From a virus (taxonomy: Duplodnaviria > Caudoviricetes): 64,000 nucleotides of DNA. The number at the start of each line of letters is the position of its first letter. The first letter of the stretch is position 1. Position numbers and translations under genes: made by a program. The stretch lies in IMG/VR virus record IMGVR_UViG_3300021514_000002, positions 128,001-192,000 of that record. One strand, 5' to 3'. Below are positions 11,513 through 21,140 of the stretch, one piece after another. The notes beneath the pieces are model-generated. The model saw only the letters and a program-made list of their open reading frames with translations, searched no databases and was not told the origin of the DNA.

Positions 11513-12022
11513 TTTGCCTTCTGCCTATACGGCAGTGAACAACTTTGAAGCTATCAAGCTTTTAAGTATTAACTTCTAAGCTGCCTATACGGCAGTGAAC
11601 CTAATAATGTAGCAGTAATTGTTTTGTCGTTCCTTCTAAGCTGCCTATACGGCAGTGAACATGACACAACAGCGAATACACTCGTCTATGTTTCTTCTAA
11701 GCTGCCTATACGGCAGTGAACTGATAGCCGCATACCTAGTGGGTTTTTTGAAAGCTTCTAAGCTGCCTATACGGCAGTGAACATACCATTGGATAGTGGA
11801 ACGGAAAGAGGCACCTTCTAAGCTGCCTATACGGCAGTGAACCTTCCCATACTTCCAACACTTTTAGTTTCGCACTTCTAAGCTGCCTATACGGCAGTGA
11901 ACGATAGAACCTATTCCAGTTATTCCAGTTAATCCTTCTAAGCTGCCTATACGGCAGTGAACATTAGTTACCCATAGGTCTTCTGCACTTGACGCTTCTA
12001 AGCTGCCTATACGGCAGTGAAC
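11513..12022 (-). CRISPR. Type I-F CRISPR array: 9 repeats (last degenerate), 8 spacers of 32-33 nt
   Basis: 28-nt repeat GTTCACTGCCGTATAGGCAGCTTAGAAG at 11995, 11935, 11875, 11815, 11755, 11694, 11633, 11573 (left coordinates); degenerate trailer repeat 11513-11540. Confidence 0.99.
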
Positions 12023-12157
12023 AGGGTGAATTTTACTAAAAACTTAACCAAAACAAACGGTTATAGCGTTTTATACTATTTGACCAATAAAAATCATGTG
12101 ATTCATAACGTATTGATAATGTTAACATTTTATAAATAAAATATTTCATTGGTCAAA
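12023..12157 (-). promoter_or_regulatory. CRISPR leader with IHF sites and a 10-bp inverted repeat
   Basis: AT-rich; WATCAANNNNTTR match at 12106-12118 (minus), 1-mismatch site at 12051-12063 (plus); TTTGACCAAT/ATTGGTCAAA at 12079-12088 and 12148-12157. Confidence 0.75.
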
Positions 12158-12704
12158 ACCAAGGTATAGTGGCATTTTTACTTAAACCAAAGCAATCAAA
12201 TTGTCCGACAGTTTGAACTTTTGTTAATTCTCCAAAAGTCAAATATCTGCGATGTTTATGTTTATTAGAATTACTTACTAATTCCATATATGGTTCATCA
12301 AGCCCATGGTTAAACATTTTATTTTTATACAATTTTATATCAGCAGTGGATATTGAGTTTCTTTTAATTAACCGTCGTAATTTAGCTTCAGTCATATTAG
12401 ATTGCTTACGAGAAATTATTCTATAAAGGCCGTTATCTGGTACTTTACGTATAATACCAATTAAACAATATTGCGCCAAATTGCCCAACCATTTAGTATT
12501 TTGGAAGTTTGTTAGTTCGTTTTCATTACCATGAATTCTTAACGTTTTCCCAAGTACTATATTATAATCAGGGAAACTAACGCCAATATTAGATGATTTT
12601 AACGAAAACAATCTCCAATGAAATTTAGTATAAACTTCATTAAGTAATACATTTTGACGAAATTTCTTATTAGGTTGTATTAATATATCGATATAATGTT
12701 TCAT
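12153..12704 (-). CDS. cas6f: CRISPR endoribonuclease Cas6f (Csy4)
   Basis: 183 aa; IGVSFPDY...LRIHG, Arg-rich EAKLRRLIKR helix, C-terminal FDCFGLSKNATIPWF; abuts the I-F array. Confidence 0.95.
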   Translation of the reverse strand: MKHYIDILIQPNKKFRQNVLLNEVYTKFHWRLFSLKSSNIGVSFPDYNIVLGKTLRIHGNENELTNFQNTKWLGNLAQYCLIGIIRKVPDNGLYRIISRKQSNMTEAKLRRLIKRNSISTADIKLYKNKMFNHGLDEPYMELVSNSNKHKHRRYLTFGELTKVQTVGQFDCFGLSKNATIPWF

Positions 12705-13720
12705 TAGTTTCTCCTTGGACGAGTATCAATATTAGAGACATAAGCCAAGCCTTTTTTACCCAAAGGGAAACTTGACACGCCAGCATTTTCAATCATAGTT
12801 TTTATTTCTGTTGCGTCTTCACGATTAATATCTATATAAATTTCAAGTGTTCCACTGGCTTTGGTTAGCATTGAAACTACTTCACCTTCACCTTTTATTC
12901 TTTCTTTTCGGATATACGGATTACCATATATTTTCTTTTTTTCCCCCGTGGTAAAACGATCCATAAAATCTTTTTTTGTAAAAAGACGTTTAGATATACC
13001 AGATATAACGCCTGTTTTGGTAATAGCGGTAGATATATCAAATGATTCGGAAAGTCTATTTAATTGCAAATAAATGGCAGAACAATATACATTTTCAATA
13101 ACAATTTCGCCTTTATTATTAACATAATTAGTGTCATTAAATTGTGTATCTAAATATTGTATGACTTTTTTTGCCTTACCTTGAACTATAATAGATTTAA
13201 TCTTTCTTAATTCATCAAACTTTTCACAAATTACAATCGGATCAAGTTTAATTAATTTGTCTACTTTGGTATCATCTAAAATGAAAGAATATAATTCATC
13301 AGTATCTAATGCTAATACCCCCCATAATTCTTGTGAATAATCTGATTGAAAAATAACGTCATCGGTCTTAATCATCCCTGTAAAAGAATTTTGATCAGTA
13401 CTGCCTGAAATATTTCGAATATAAGTCATTTCATTAGTTAATTCTGGATTATCCATAAATGTAACTAACTTTTCAATGTCTCGGAAATAATAATCACTTG
13501 TGCTACGGGAATGGTATAACTTTCTTTGATCACCAATAAGACGATTAATTACCCCCATCACAGTATTCAGTGTGATTTCCCGACGAATAAAATTCTTCGA
13601 GGTCTTTAAATTGGTCATTGAAGCAATAAATTTACGCCCCTTTTTAGGTAATGCCACATTATTGTCGCCATCCAGAAACGAATTTCTCCACGATGAATCA
13701 TAATTAATTAATATTTTCAT
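12704..13720 (-). CDS. cas5fv: Type I-F2 (I-Fv) Cas5fv
   Basis: 338 aa; [43 protein letters not shown] resemble Shewanella putrefaciens Cas5fv as recalled; position between cas7 and cas6. Confidence 0.9.
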   Translation of the reverse strand: MKILINYDSSWRNSFLDGDNNVALPKKGRKFIASMTNLKTSKNFIRREITLNTVMGVINRLIGDQRKLYHSRSTSDYYFRDIEKLVTFMDNPELTNEMTYIRNISGSTDQNSFTGMIKTDDVIFQSDYSQELWGVLALDTDELYSFILDDTKVDKLIKLDPIVICEKFDELRKIKSIIVQGKAKKVIQYLDTQFNDTNYVNNKGEIVIENVYCSAIYLQLNRLSESFDISTAITKTGVISGISKRLFTKKDFMDRFTTGEKKKIYGNPYIRKERIKGEGEVVSMLTKASGTLEIYIDINREDATEIKTMIENAGVSSFPLGKKGLAYVSNIDTRPRRN

Positions 13721-13729
13721 ATAAACACC

Positions 13730-14677
13730 CTATTTGGCGTAGAAATAAGATGCAAATTCAGATTCAGGCATCTCCGAGATTTCAGCTTCATTGCGCTTAA
13801 TACGCATCATTTTATTACTATCATTGTAATCAATTAAAATTTCATCAACATACATATATGATTTTGCTTGACGGATAGATAGTTCACTGATCATTTGTAA
13901 AGTGTATTCAATTAACGCTTTTATTGCATCATTATTTAATAAAATACCTACTTCACCCTCTTCAAATATTGTACCTTCACGCACATAGTTCTCATGAAAG
14001 ATAGCCATTGAATTTAATTCAGGATTAAGTGATTTAATATAATTTTGAATAGTTTTCGCAATTGTTTCACCTTCACCCTCTTTGATGGTCATGCTTGCCC
14101 TGCCAAATTTATTATCAAGTGAGATGAATTGTAATTGTTCGATACTAATGGAACCGTAAGAGAGATATTTAGTATCACCAAACGTAGTCTTTGAAAAGAA
14201 CGAAGAGCTATCACGCTCACCAGCTTGTGTCATTTGTTCAAAATTTCCATTGCCTAATTGGTCTACAAAATCTTCCATTAATAACGGGCTGGTTCGTTTA
14301 CGTTGACTAGAGGGTACAACGTAACCACGAATTAATCCTGTCATAGAGGCAAGTACTTCTAATAAGTTATTTTTCGCGGCGTAATGCAAGTCAAATGCTT
14401 GATCACGAAATAAATGATGTCTAACACAGTTTTGACTAATATATAAAGGATTTTCTTTGAAATCAATATCGGTAGCTTCCTTTTTATATTTGTAACCTGT
14501 TTCATCTTTGATCTTTCCTGTTAAATTAGAATAACCACGCAATTTTGGCATTGTATGATTGTTAAAGGTTTTCCCATCATTACCTGTTAAGGTTGTTGGT
14601 CCATTCCAATTAACAACACCGTGTCCTAACGCCGTAATCTTAAAATCAACACTTTTGATGCCTGTTACTTTTTTCAT
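13730..14677 (-). CDS. cas7fv: Type I-F2 (I-Fv) backbone Cas7fv
   Basis: 315 aa; [24 protein letters not shown]..., [20 protein letters not shown] closely resemble S. putrefaciens Cas7fv as recalled. Confidence 0.92.
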   Translation of the reverse strand: MKKVTGIKSVDFKITALGHGVVNWNGPTTLTGNDGKTFNNHTMPKLRGYSNLTGKIKDETGYKYKKEATDIDFKENPLYISQNCVRHHLFRDQAFDLHYAAKNNLLEVLASMTGLIRGYVVPSSQRKRTSPLLMEDFVDQLGNGNFEQMTQAGERDSSSFFSKTTFGDTKYLSYGSISIEQLQFISLDNKFGRASMTIKEGEGETIAKTIQNYIKSLNPELNSMAIFHENYVREGTIFEEGEVGILLNNDAIKALIEYTLQMISELSIRQAKSYMYVDEILIDYNDSNKMMRIKRNEAEISEMPESEFASYFYAK

Positions 14678-14681
14678 TTTT

Positions 14682-17267
14682 TCACCCTATTAATATATTT
14701 GAAATTGAACCAATCGGCTGCTTGTCACAAATTGCATAATAAATAGCTGATTGATGTGCTTTTTGTTCGCCACCAATGGCGTTCAAATCTTCTTTTGTGT
14801 AACTTAGATAAATTGGTGTATCTGGATTTCGTGCAGCATTTAATAATATATCTTCATTATACGTTTTTTTCGTTTTTTTGATATTATGATGTTTAGTTAA
14901 CATATATGATAACAGATTATTCTCAGCATTACCATACCCTTTTATTAACCCAACACTTGCTGTTAATCCTATTGTAGTTTGGGTATGATCAGTGTCTTCT
15001 GTATAAGCATACTCATTTGGAAATTCATATTTTTTCGAATTTACTACGCGGCAAATTGCCATTTGTACAAATCTGTTATCACCACGTAAAGAATTATTTT
15101 TAATTTTACTCGTCTGCTTGTTTAATGAAACTTTTTTATGAGGGTAAAATAATGGATCTATTATATTTTGGTTTATAAGTGTTGCACTGTCTTTTAACAT
15201 TAATAATAATTCTTCTTTAATTTCGTTTAAAGATATTTCGTCCTTATAGAATTTTTTATATAACGCATAAAGATAATTAATATCAACAACATTACTGTTA
15301 ACATTGGAACATAAAAAATTATACCATGCTTTAGTGCTTTTTAATAAATTCTGCGTTCTTAAAAACCAACCGGTTTGTCCATTATCTATATTTTCAGGTA
15401 CTACCGTAAGGTATTCATTGATTGTGTTATTTTTACCAAAACGATCTAAACGACCTAACCGCTGTAACCAATTCTCTGCGGTTGTTAATTCTGTTATCAT
15501 GTTATCGCAGCTAATGTTTAATGAGGATTGAATGATAGGTCCACTACGCATTATATCGAATTCACTATTACCACCTTCCTTGAAATTATCCATAATCGTA
15601 TTAAATAATGAAAGTTTATCAGCTTTTTTGAATTTAGAATGAAACAATATACCATTTTCTTGATGCATATTTTTAATAAAACCGAGTTGTGCAGTAATTG
15701 CGGTATTACTAATCACAAACGTATTCTTTTTGAATATTTTTTGTGTTAATAATGAATTATTCACATCATCAATTTTAAAATTTACACGATATTTAGATTT
15801 GTTAAAGCTTTTAATATCAAATATATCACTTGAATCAATTTTTAAGACTTTATTCACAAAATAGTAATTGGGTGTAGCAGATACCAATAATGTATTTGCC
15901 TTATCTCCTTGTAACTTTTTGTTTTCAATTAGTTCTGCAAACAACAAATTAAAGGCTGGCATTGTAATTAATTCATGATATTCATCGAAAATGACATGTG
16001 AATTCATTAAAGTTATTAATGCAGTTATATCAGAATGTGTGGTAATTGTGTTTATCGCGTGATCTATCGTAGTAATAACAATATCCCCTGTGAACATATT
16101 ATGTTCTGCGGTTTCCTGCTCAATGCCATTAGTTTTTGTATTTTTGTACTCACCTGTATAAATTTCTATTCGACTGTTTTTTAAATAATCCAATTGTGAC
16201 AGATCGTGATATAGTCCAAGACACACGTTTACCCGAGGAGCTATCCATATAATTTTCTTAACATTACTGTTGAATGCCCATTCTAGGGCAATTTTAGTTT
16301 TACCACAACCCGCTGGCCCTTCAAGAACTGCAATATCGTTAACATCTTGACATTGTTTTGCCACTACCGCTTGTGCTTTGTTTTGTTGACTATCTGGGTA
16401 TAATATAGTAAAGCCTTCAAGACATTGCGCTATTTCAGTTTGAAGCGTACTATTATTATCCAAATGTTTATTGGTTAAAAAGTTTAAACTTTTATCGTTT
16501 ATACGTGTTGTCAATTCACAAGCTGAAAGTGTTGACACAATTCTATCAGCAGTTATAATAGCAGCCCTGATGATATTTTTATCAGCGTTTTCTTTAATTT
16601 CCCTAGTATAATCATCAATAATATCATTGTTTTCCGAATATTCTTTATAAAGGAGATTTTGTTTTTTTAAAGCGTATACAGCATCCTCAGTTATATCCGT
16701 TACTCGTTTCGGTAATTTGATAACATTATTAGAATAAGTTAAGAGTGAAGAATTTACACTTTCCAATATTTGACTGGCTTCTTTTAGAAATAATTCCATA
16801 TTCATATCAGCATTAAAAGAATTATTGACTTTATTGTAAATTTCAGCTTGATTTTTGTAATTATTCTTTCTTATAGGTTTACTGTGATGCCAGTAAATAC
16901 CATGTGTCGCATAATCAAATTGTTTTGGATTTAATCTTTTATCATTTCGATCATTTAGTAAATTAAATAGAAATAGTGAAATTTCGTTGTGTCTTGGATG
17001 CTTTTCAAAAGAAAATTTGCCCCTGTTGATATGTACCCCATCATTAACATCCACTGCTTTTGAACGAGAGTTTAACCAGTTTTGAAATGCAGGATCTAAT
17101 TTACCGATGTCGTGGAAGCAACCCGCCACCAATGTAGCATATGCTAATTTACTATTATTAGTAAGTTTATTAACAATATCATATCCAATCCACCCAACAG
17201 CAAATAAATGATCGGCAAGTAAATGTTGTTTATCATTAGCATAATATGATATTAAATTATTGGTCAC
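14682..17267 (-). CDS. cas3: Cas3 HD nuclease-helicase, apparently without an N-terminal Cas2 domain
   Basis: HD motifs HLLADH, FHDIGK, WHH, TAD; SF2 motifs [23 protein letters not shown]; GTG start with the first HD-domain His about 15 aa in. Confidence 0.95.
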   Translation of the reverse strand: MTNNLISYYANDKQHLLADHLFAVGWIGYDIVNKLTNNSKLAYATLVAGCFHDIGKLDPAFQNWLNSRSKAVDVNDGVHINRGKFSFEKHPRHNEISLFLFNLLNDRNDKRLNPKQFDYATHGIYWHHSKPIRKNNYKNQAEIYNKVNNSFNADMNMELFLKEASQILESVNSSLLTYSNNVIKLPKRVTDITEDAVYALKKQNLLYKEYSENNDIIDDYTREIKENADKNIIRAAIITADRIVSTLSACELTTRINDKSLNFLTNKHLDNNSTLQTEIAQCLEGFTILYPDSQQNKAQAVVAKQCQDVNDIAVLEGPAGCGKTKIALEWAFNSNVKKIIWIAPRVNVCLGLYHDLSQLDYLKNSRIEIYTGEYKNTKTNGIEQETAEHNMFTGDIVITTIDHAINTITTHSDITALITLMNSHVIFDEYHELITMPAFNLLFAELIENKKLQGDKANTLLVSATPNYYFVNKVLKIDSSDIFDIKSFNKSKYRVNFKIDDVNNSLLTQKIFKKNTFVISNTAITAQLGFIKNMHQENGILFHSKFKKADKLSLFNTIMDNFKEGGNSEFDIMRSGPIIQSSLNISCDNMITELTTAENWLQRLGRLDRFGKNNTINEYLTVVPENIDNGQTGWFLRTQNLLKSTKAWYNFLCSNVNSNVVDINYLYALYKKFYKDEISLNEIKEELLLMLKDSATLINQNIIDPLFYPHKKVSLNKQTSKIKNNSLRGDNRFVQMAICRVVNSKKYEFPNEYAYTEDTDHTQTTIGLTASVGLIKGYGNAENNLLSYMLTKHHNIKKTKKTYNEDILLNAARNPDTPIYLSYTKEDLNAIGGEQKAHQSAIYYAICDKQPIGSISNILIG

Positions 17268-17303
17268 TATTCTGAGTATCCTACTTCTGTTTAAGTTGAC
17301 AAT

Positions 17304-17332
17304 ATTATAACCTAATTCTAATAAGTTGTCAA
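17304..17332 (-). promoter_or_regulatory. Phage-type sigma70 promoter of the cas operon
   Basis: TTGACA-ACTTATTAGAATTAGGT(17)-TATAAT, 36 nt upstream of the cas3 start. Confidence 0.85.
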
Positions 17333-17580
17333 GCCATGACTAATTCATTTTCAACTTGTTTTAATTTCTGATGATTATCAATGCGCATTAGGTTCTTTTC
17401 AGACTGTACATATACACCGCTTTCAGAATACCTTCCACCATACCTATACAATGTAAGTTGAAGAACATCTACCTCCCACAAATCAACAGCTATTAAATCG
17501 TCTAATCCACCTAAAAAATTACCCACTGTCACACACTTACCAATATTTTCAGGGCGTCCACTATTAATCACTAAGGCCAA
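17329..17580 (-). CDS. Hypothetical protein (83 aa; start may extend upstream)
   Basis: VINSGRPENIGKCVTV phage-type small protein; occupies the position where cas1 would be expected. Confidence 0.6.
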   Translation of the reverse strand: MALVINSGRPENIGKCVTVGNFLGGLDDLIAVDLWEVDVLQLTLYRYGGRYSESGVYVQSEKNLMRIDNHQKLKQVENELVMA

Positions 17581-17711
17581 TCAACCTTTTTCTATTTTCA
17601 TTTTAACTTCCTTTATAAACAATACACAATAATATCATATATTACCTATTAAGGTCAAGGATTAAAGAATAGCCATAGCATAGCCGTACCTGTCAATTCC
17701 CAACATTTCAC

Positions 17712-17740
17712 TTGACAATTAGGTTATAATGTTATATGAT
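17712..17740 (+). promoter_or_regulatory. sigma70-type promoter
   Basis: TTGACA-17-TATGAT containing the ATTAGGTTA motif. Confidence 0.7.
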
Positions 17741-17770
17741 TACTACATACCAACTTTTAAGGATTAAATA

Positions 17771-18190
17771 ATGCCAGCTTATAATATATCTAAAACGTTA
17801 GAACTTGTTGCTTATTATGACGCTGATTACGGTTCGCCCACTATTCGGGAATTGTTTACCGCAAGTTTGTGTTCAGGTATTAAACCTTTCATGTTAGATA
17901 AGAATACTCCTGCCTTTGATTATAATGAATTACTTGAAACTTTCTGGATTCATATGGTTTATCCAGTATCAGATTCATCATTACAAATTCATATTAGTTC
18001 TATACTGGACAGTCTGTTCTATGCCCATTATATTAGTGGGAGTCAAGATCAAGACGGTAATCTGGATATTGATAGTTGTGATCTTCTTGAAGTAGGTGAA
18101 GTAGTAGCAGAATTACTTATTGAATTTTGTGCATGTAATGAACCTTATGTAGTACAATCTACAGATCATCATCAGTGGTTCAACCATTAA
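17771..18190 (+). CDS. Hypothetical protein (139 aa)
   Basis: Follows promoter; AAGGA RBS. Confidence 0.7.
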   Translation: MPAYNISKTLELVAYYDADYGSPTIRELFTASLCSGIKPFMLDKNTPAFDYNELLETFWIHMVYPVSDSSLQIHISSILDSLFYAHYISGSQDQDGNLDIDSCDLLEVGEVVAELLIEFCACNEPYVVQSTDHHQWFNH

Positions 18191-18219
18191 CCACATGATG
18201 AATAAGGGTATTATATAAC

Positions 18220-18627
18220 ATGGTTAAACGTAACTCTGTATTTAATATAGAAGTACCACATTTAGCGATGCTTTTATTTGAATTGTATGAATATGATAAA
18301 GTTGATATTGATGCTTTTGCTAATGACGTAAAGAAACATATATTGCCAAAAAATGACAAGACTAACATTAATGATATTGTACATAGAATTAGAAATAAAT
18401 CACATGTAGATAAAATAGATTTACCAAAAGGATATTATGTAAGATCTGATGGACAATTAAATACTTTTTGGTTGGATAAATCATACACGTATATGCAATA
18501 CGAAACTAGTAGATGGGGGTATAGTTGGACGCGAAAACAAATACTACAAATAAACAATTTCGTTAAAAATAATGGATGGCAGATAATTACAGTCATACTC
18601 ATTATTATAGGTATTATTCGCAAATAA
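18220..18627 (+). CDS. Hypothetical protein with C-terminal TM helix
   Basis: Hydrophobic tail WQIITVILIIIGII. Confidence 0.65.
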   Translation: MVKRNSVFNIEVPHLAMLLFELYEYDKVDIDAFANDVKKHILPKNDKTNINDIVHRIRNKSHVDKIDLPKGYYVRSDGQLNTFWLDKSYTYMQYETSRWGYSWTRKQILQINNFVKNNGWQIITVILIIIGIIRK

Positions 18628-18666
18628 CCTAATTCTTATAAGATGTCAAGCCTTAAAGACTTCAAT

Positions 18667-19410
18667 TCAAATTTCGTAACTATCATATAGTTGGGTATGT
18701 AAATCCTCCAACATAGAAACCATACAATCTAATCGGATATCAGACTTTGATGTTTCACGCAAGGTCTTGACATCCAGTAGGATTTCAGCACTCAGCACCC
18801 GCTTGTTCTTTAATGTAGTCACTTTAAAGAATGTGCTAACCAAGCCACTATCCCTAACATATTCATTATGCTTCAAAAAATCAGCCGCTGATTTTTTGTC
18901 TGTAAAATTGACAATAAACCGCTTCCCGCTTCCCTCTACATAATTACAGACATCATCACACATAATTTCGTTTAAGTAATATAGGTTAGCATAGTTCTCA
19001 CGATGGATATCATTCAAGGCTTTTTCCACTGTAATATAGGGGGGTATGTTAATAGGAGTTCTTGTATTTTTAGCAACAACGTTCTTTGGTTTAAACTTAT
19101 ATAAGAAGGGGAAATGTCCTATGATTCCCAATAATTCCGTCTGGCGAATAATTAAGTCTTTGGCAACTTTGAATATGGCTATGTCAAACCATTCAGTATG
19201 GCCATCGCCTTTATATATCCTTGTATTGTATTCTTTGAAATGTAGATGGCAGAAGTTTTCTACAGCTGTCGCGTTTTCGCATTCAAACATATAGGTTTTA
19301 TCATAGTTAATTTCCCCAACTACGGTGACTAGTCTTGATCTAGGGTTATTAGAAAACCCAATCTTGAAAGCGGTTTTTTCAACATTAGGGGCAAAGTATA
19401 GGTATGACAT
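18667..19410 (-). CDS. GIY-YIG family (T5orf172-like) protein
   Basis: YLYF..KIGFSNNPRSRL...ENFCHLHF...GHTEWF. Confidence 0.75.
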   Translation of the reverse strand: MSYLYFAPNVEKTAFKIGFSNNPRSRLVTVVGEINYDKTYMFECENATAVENFCHLHFKEYNTRIYKGDGHTEWFDIAIFKVAKDLIIRQTELLGIIGHFPFLYKFKPKNVVAKNTRTPINIPPYITVEKALNDIHRENYANLYYLNEIMCDDVCNYVEGSGKRFIVNFTDKKSAADFLKHNEYVRDSGLVSTFFKVTTLKNKRVLSAEILLDVKTLRETSKSDIRLDCMVSMLEDLHTQLYDSYEI

Positions 19411-19454
19411 ATCCTTAGTATATCATGAAGCCTTAAAGACTTCAAGTTTGACAA

Positions 19455-19685
19455 TCACAATATTCCCATGGCATAGTCGTACCTGTCTTTCGTACTGTCA
19501 AAGACTTCCATCTCCAAGGCATGGGTCAATTCCCGACTACTCTTTCTGTCTGTCAATACATAGACCGTTCCATTTGTGCCCACCCGTACAGGATACGTCT
19601 GTCCCTTAGTAAACAATACTCTTCCACTTCCCAGACTGTAGTAGTCACATACAGCTTTTACCCTGTCACCTGTCTTGTATTTCAT
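19455..19685 (-). CDS. Hypothetical SH3-like protein
   Basis: YKTGDRVKAV..FTKGQTYPV; C-terminal YDYAMGIL. Confidence 0.55.
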   Translation of the reverse strand: MKYKTGDRVKAVCDYYSLGSGRVLFTKGQTYPVRVGTNGTVYVLTDRKSSRELTHALEMEVFDSTKDRYDYAMGIL

Positions 19686-20437
19686 ACAATAAACACCTCT
19701 AATACACTTCCCAGTTCAAACAGTATTTCATTAACATTAGGAAATAGCCATGTATTTTCCGCCTGTTTATTACCATAATGATTTAACATGTCAAATACAT
19801 GACCTGAGAAATCTGGATACCAATGGAAGATTTTAACAACATCTATCTGTTTATCCCTTAGTTCTTTCATAAGGGTACTAACACCTTGCTTGTGTATCAT
19901 TATGGAAAGAAGGTTAGGGGATTGTACGCTGGTCTTATACAGTATCAACAGTGGGTCAATATTACGATTGGCTTCAATACGATGTTTAATATCTTTGCCT
20001 AAGAAGTTCTTCCAGCCCCCATTGACATAGAAAGAAGGGTAACGTCGGGCAGGATTTTTAGGGATTCCTTTAGGGATTAGACCATCGTCAAAGGCTTCTT
20101 TATACTGATCAACGTTTTTAAATTGCATCGTTTGTATTAGATTTACCGCCTCCCAATATTTCATAAGATCTTTTTCACGTACAGCTTTAGGACTATCTGC
20201 ATCGTAAACATTGTCAGTTTCAAGGAATGTTTTCCAGTCTATCCATTCAGGATATACCCTTTCTGGTCGTGTGGGAATACCCCCAGGTTTATAGTCACGT
20301 ACCCATGCACGATACTGGCGAAAGGTTTTAATCCCTGCCATATTAGTTAAGTCTTTACACATATGATAAGGTATCCACCTCCAGTCCATGGGTTTACTCT
20401 TTAGGACTATCTTAGGGATGGTTGTTTTCTTACCCAT
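19682..20437 (-). CDS. Integrase-repeat-unit-like protein
   Basis: Two GIPxxPxxxY...WxxFL repeats. Confidence 0.55.
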   Translation of the reverse strand: MGKKTTIPKIVLKSKPMDWRWIPYHMCKDLTNMAGIKTFRQYRAWVRDYKPGGIPTRPERVYPEWIDWKTFLETDNVYDADSPKAVREKDLMKYWEAVNLIQTMQFKNVDQYKEAFDDGLIPKGIPKNPARRYPSFYVNGGWKNFLGKDIKHRIEANRNIDPLLILYKTSVQSPNLLSIMIHKQGVSTLMKELRDKQIDVVKIFHWYPDFSGHVFDMLNHYGNKQAENTWLFPNVNEILFELGSVLEVFIV

Positions 20438-21140
20438 TATCAGGATTCCATGTATTACCTTTTTGAAGGTTTTCAGAAGCGGTTATAATTTGTAGGTTAT
20501 ATTCAACATGAAGTCCACAGACATTCACACCTTGTAATGGAACAATATGGTCAACGTGAAATATTTCATTACCACCAGCGATTCTGGTACAAATATTTAA
20601 ATCTTGACAATCTTCATAAATGTCATGGATTATTTTTATATTTGACCATATTGGTCTGGCTTGTATTCTCCATGCTCTACGAGAAGCACAGTATGCATTA
20701 TTTTGTGCTTTATTATTTTGTCTATATAATCGTTGTTGTTTATTAAGATGGTTTTTGTTGTGTTTTTTGTATTTTCCACTACACAATTTTATCTTATCAC
20801 GATTACATATATTATATTCTTTATTGTATTCGGATATTTTTTCGTAATTCTGTTCAACATATTTTTTATGTTGTTTGTTCACTTCCTTCTTGTTATTCTG
20901 ATACCATTCTTTTTGTTGCATCATTAAATATTCTTTATTCTTATTTCTATATCCTTTATTGTATTGTGCTATTTTTTTCTTATTATTTGCCTTATATTGT
21001 TTATCATATGTTTTACTACATCCCGCACAACAACCATTAATCACTCTTCTTTCAGTAATATGTCCTTGGGGACATTCTTTTCCTGTAAAGTACCAAATTA
21101 AACCTGTTTCTTTTGCTTCTTTTCTTGTTATCACTTTCAT
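20430..21140 (-). CDS. HNH homing endonuclease
   Basis: N-terminal ITRKEA..GL..YFTGKEC; C-terminal HVDHIVPLQGVNVCGLHVEYNLQII..SEN. Confidence 0.85.
   Translation of the reverse strand: MKVITRKEAKETGLIWYFTGKECPQGHITERRVINGCCAGCSKTYDKQYKANNKKKIAQYNKGYRNKNKEYLMMQQKEWYQNNKKEVNKQHKKYVEQNYEKISEYNKEYNICNRDKIKLCSGKYKKHNKNHLNKQQRLYRQNNKAQNNAYCASRRAWRIQARPIWSNIKIIHDIYEDCQDLNICTRIAGGNEIFHVDHIVPLQGVNVCGLHVEYNLQIITASENLQKGNTWNPDNG

Noticed and set aside
11541-11994. Self-targeting spacers within the window
   Set aside because: No match found by eye; a computational check and the rest of the genome are still needed
12704-13720. Cas5-HNH fusion effector
   Set aside because: Cas5fv is normal length (338 aa) with no HNH motif; the HNH gene is separate and beyond the array
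12153-17267. Tn7-associated I-F3 (CAST) or canonical I-F1 system
   Set aside because: Cas3 is intact, there is no cas8f/csy1 or tns/tniQ gene, and the backbone and Cas5 resemble the I-F2 proteins
19682-20437. Integrase or prophage attachment site
   Set aside because: Only integrase-repeat-like units are present; no tyrosine or serine recombinase catalytic motifs are seen
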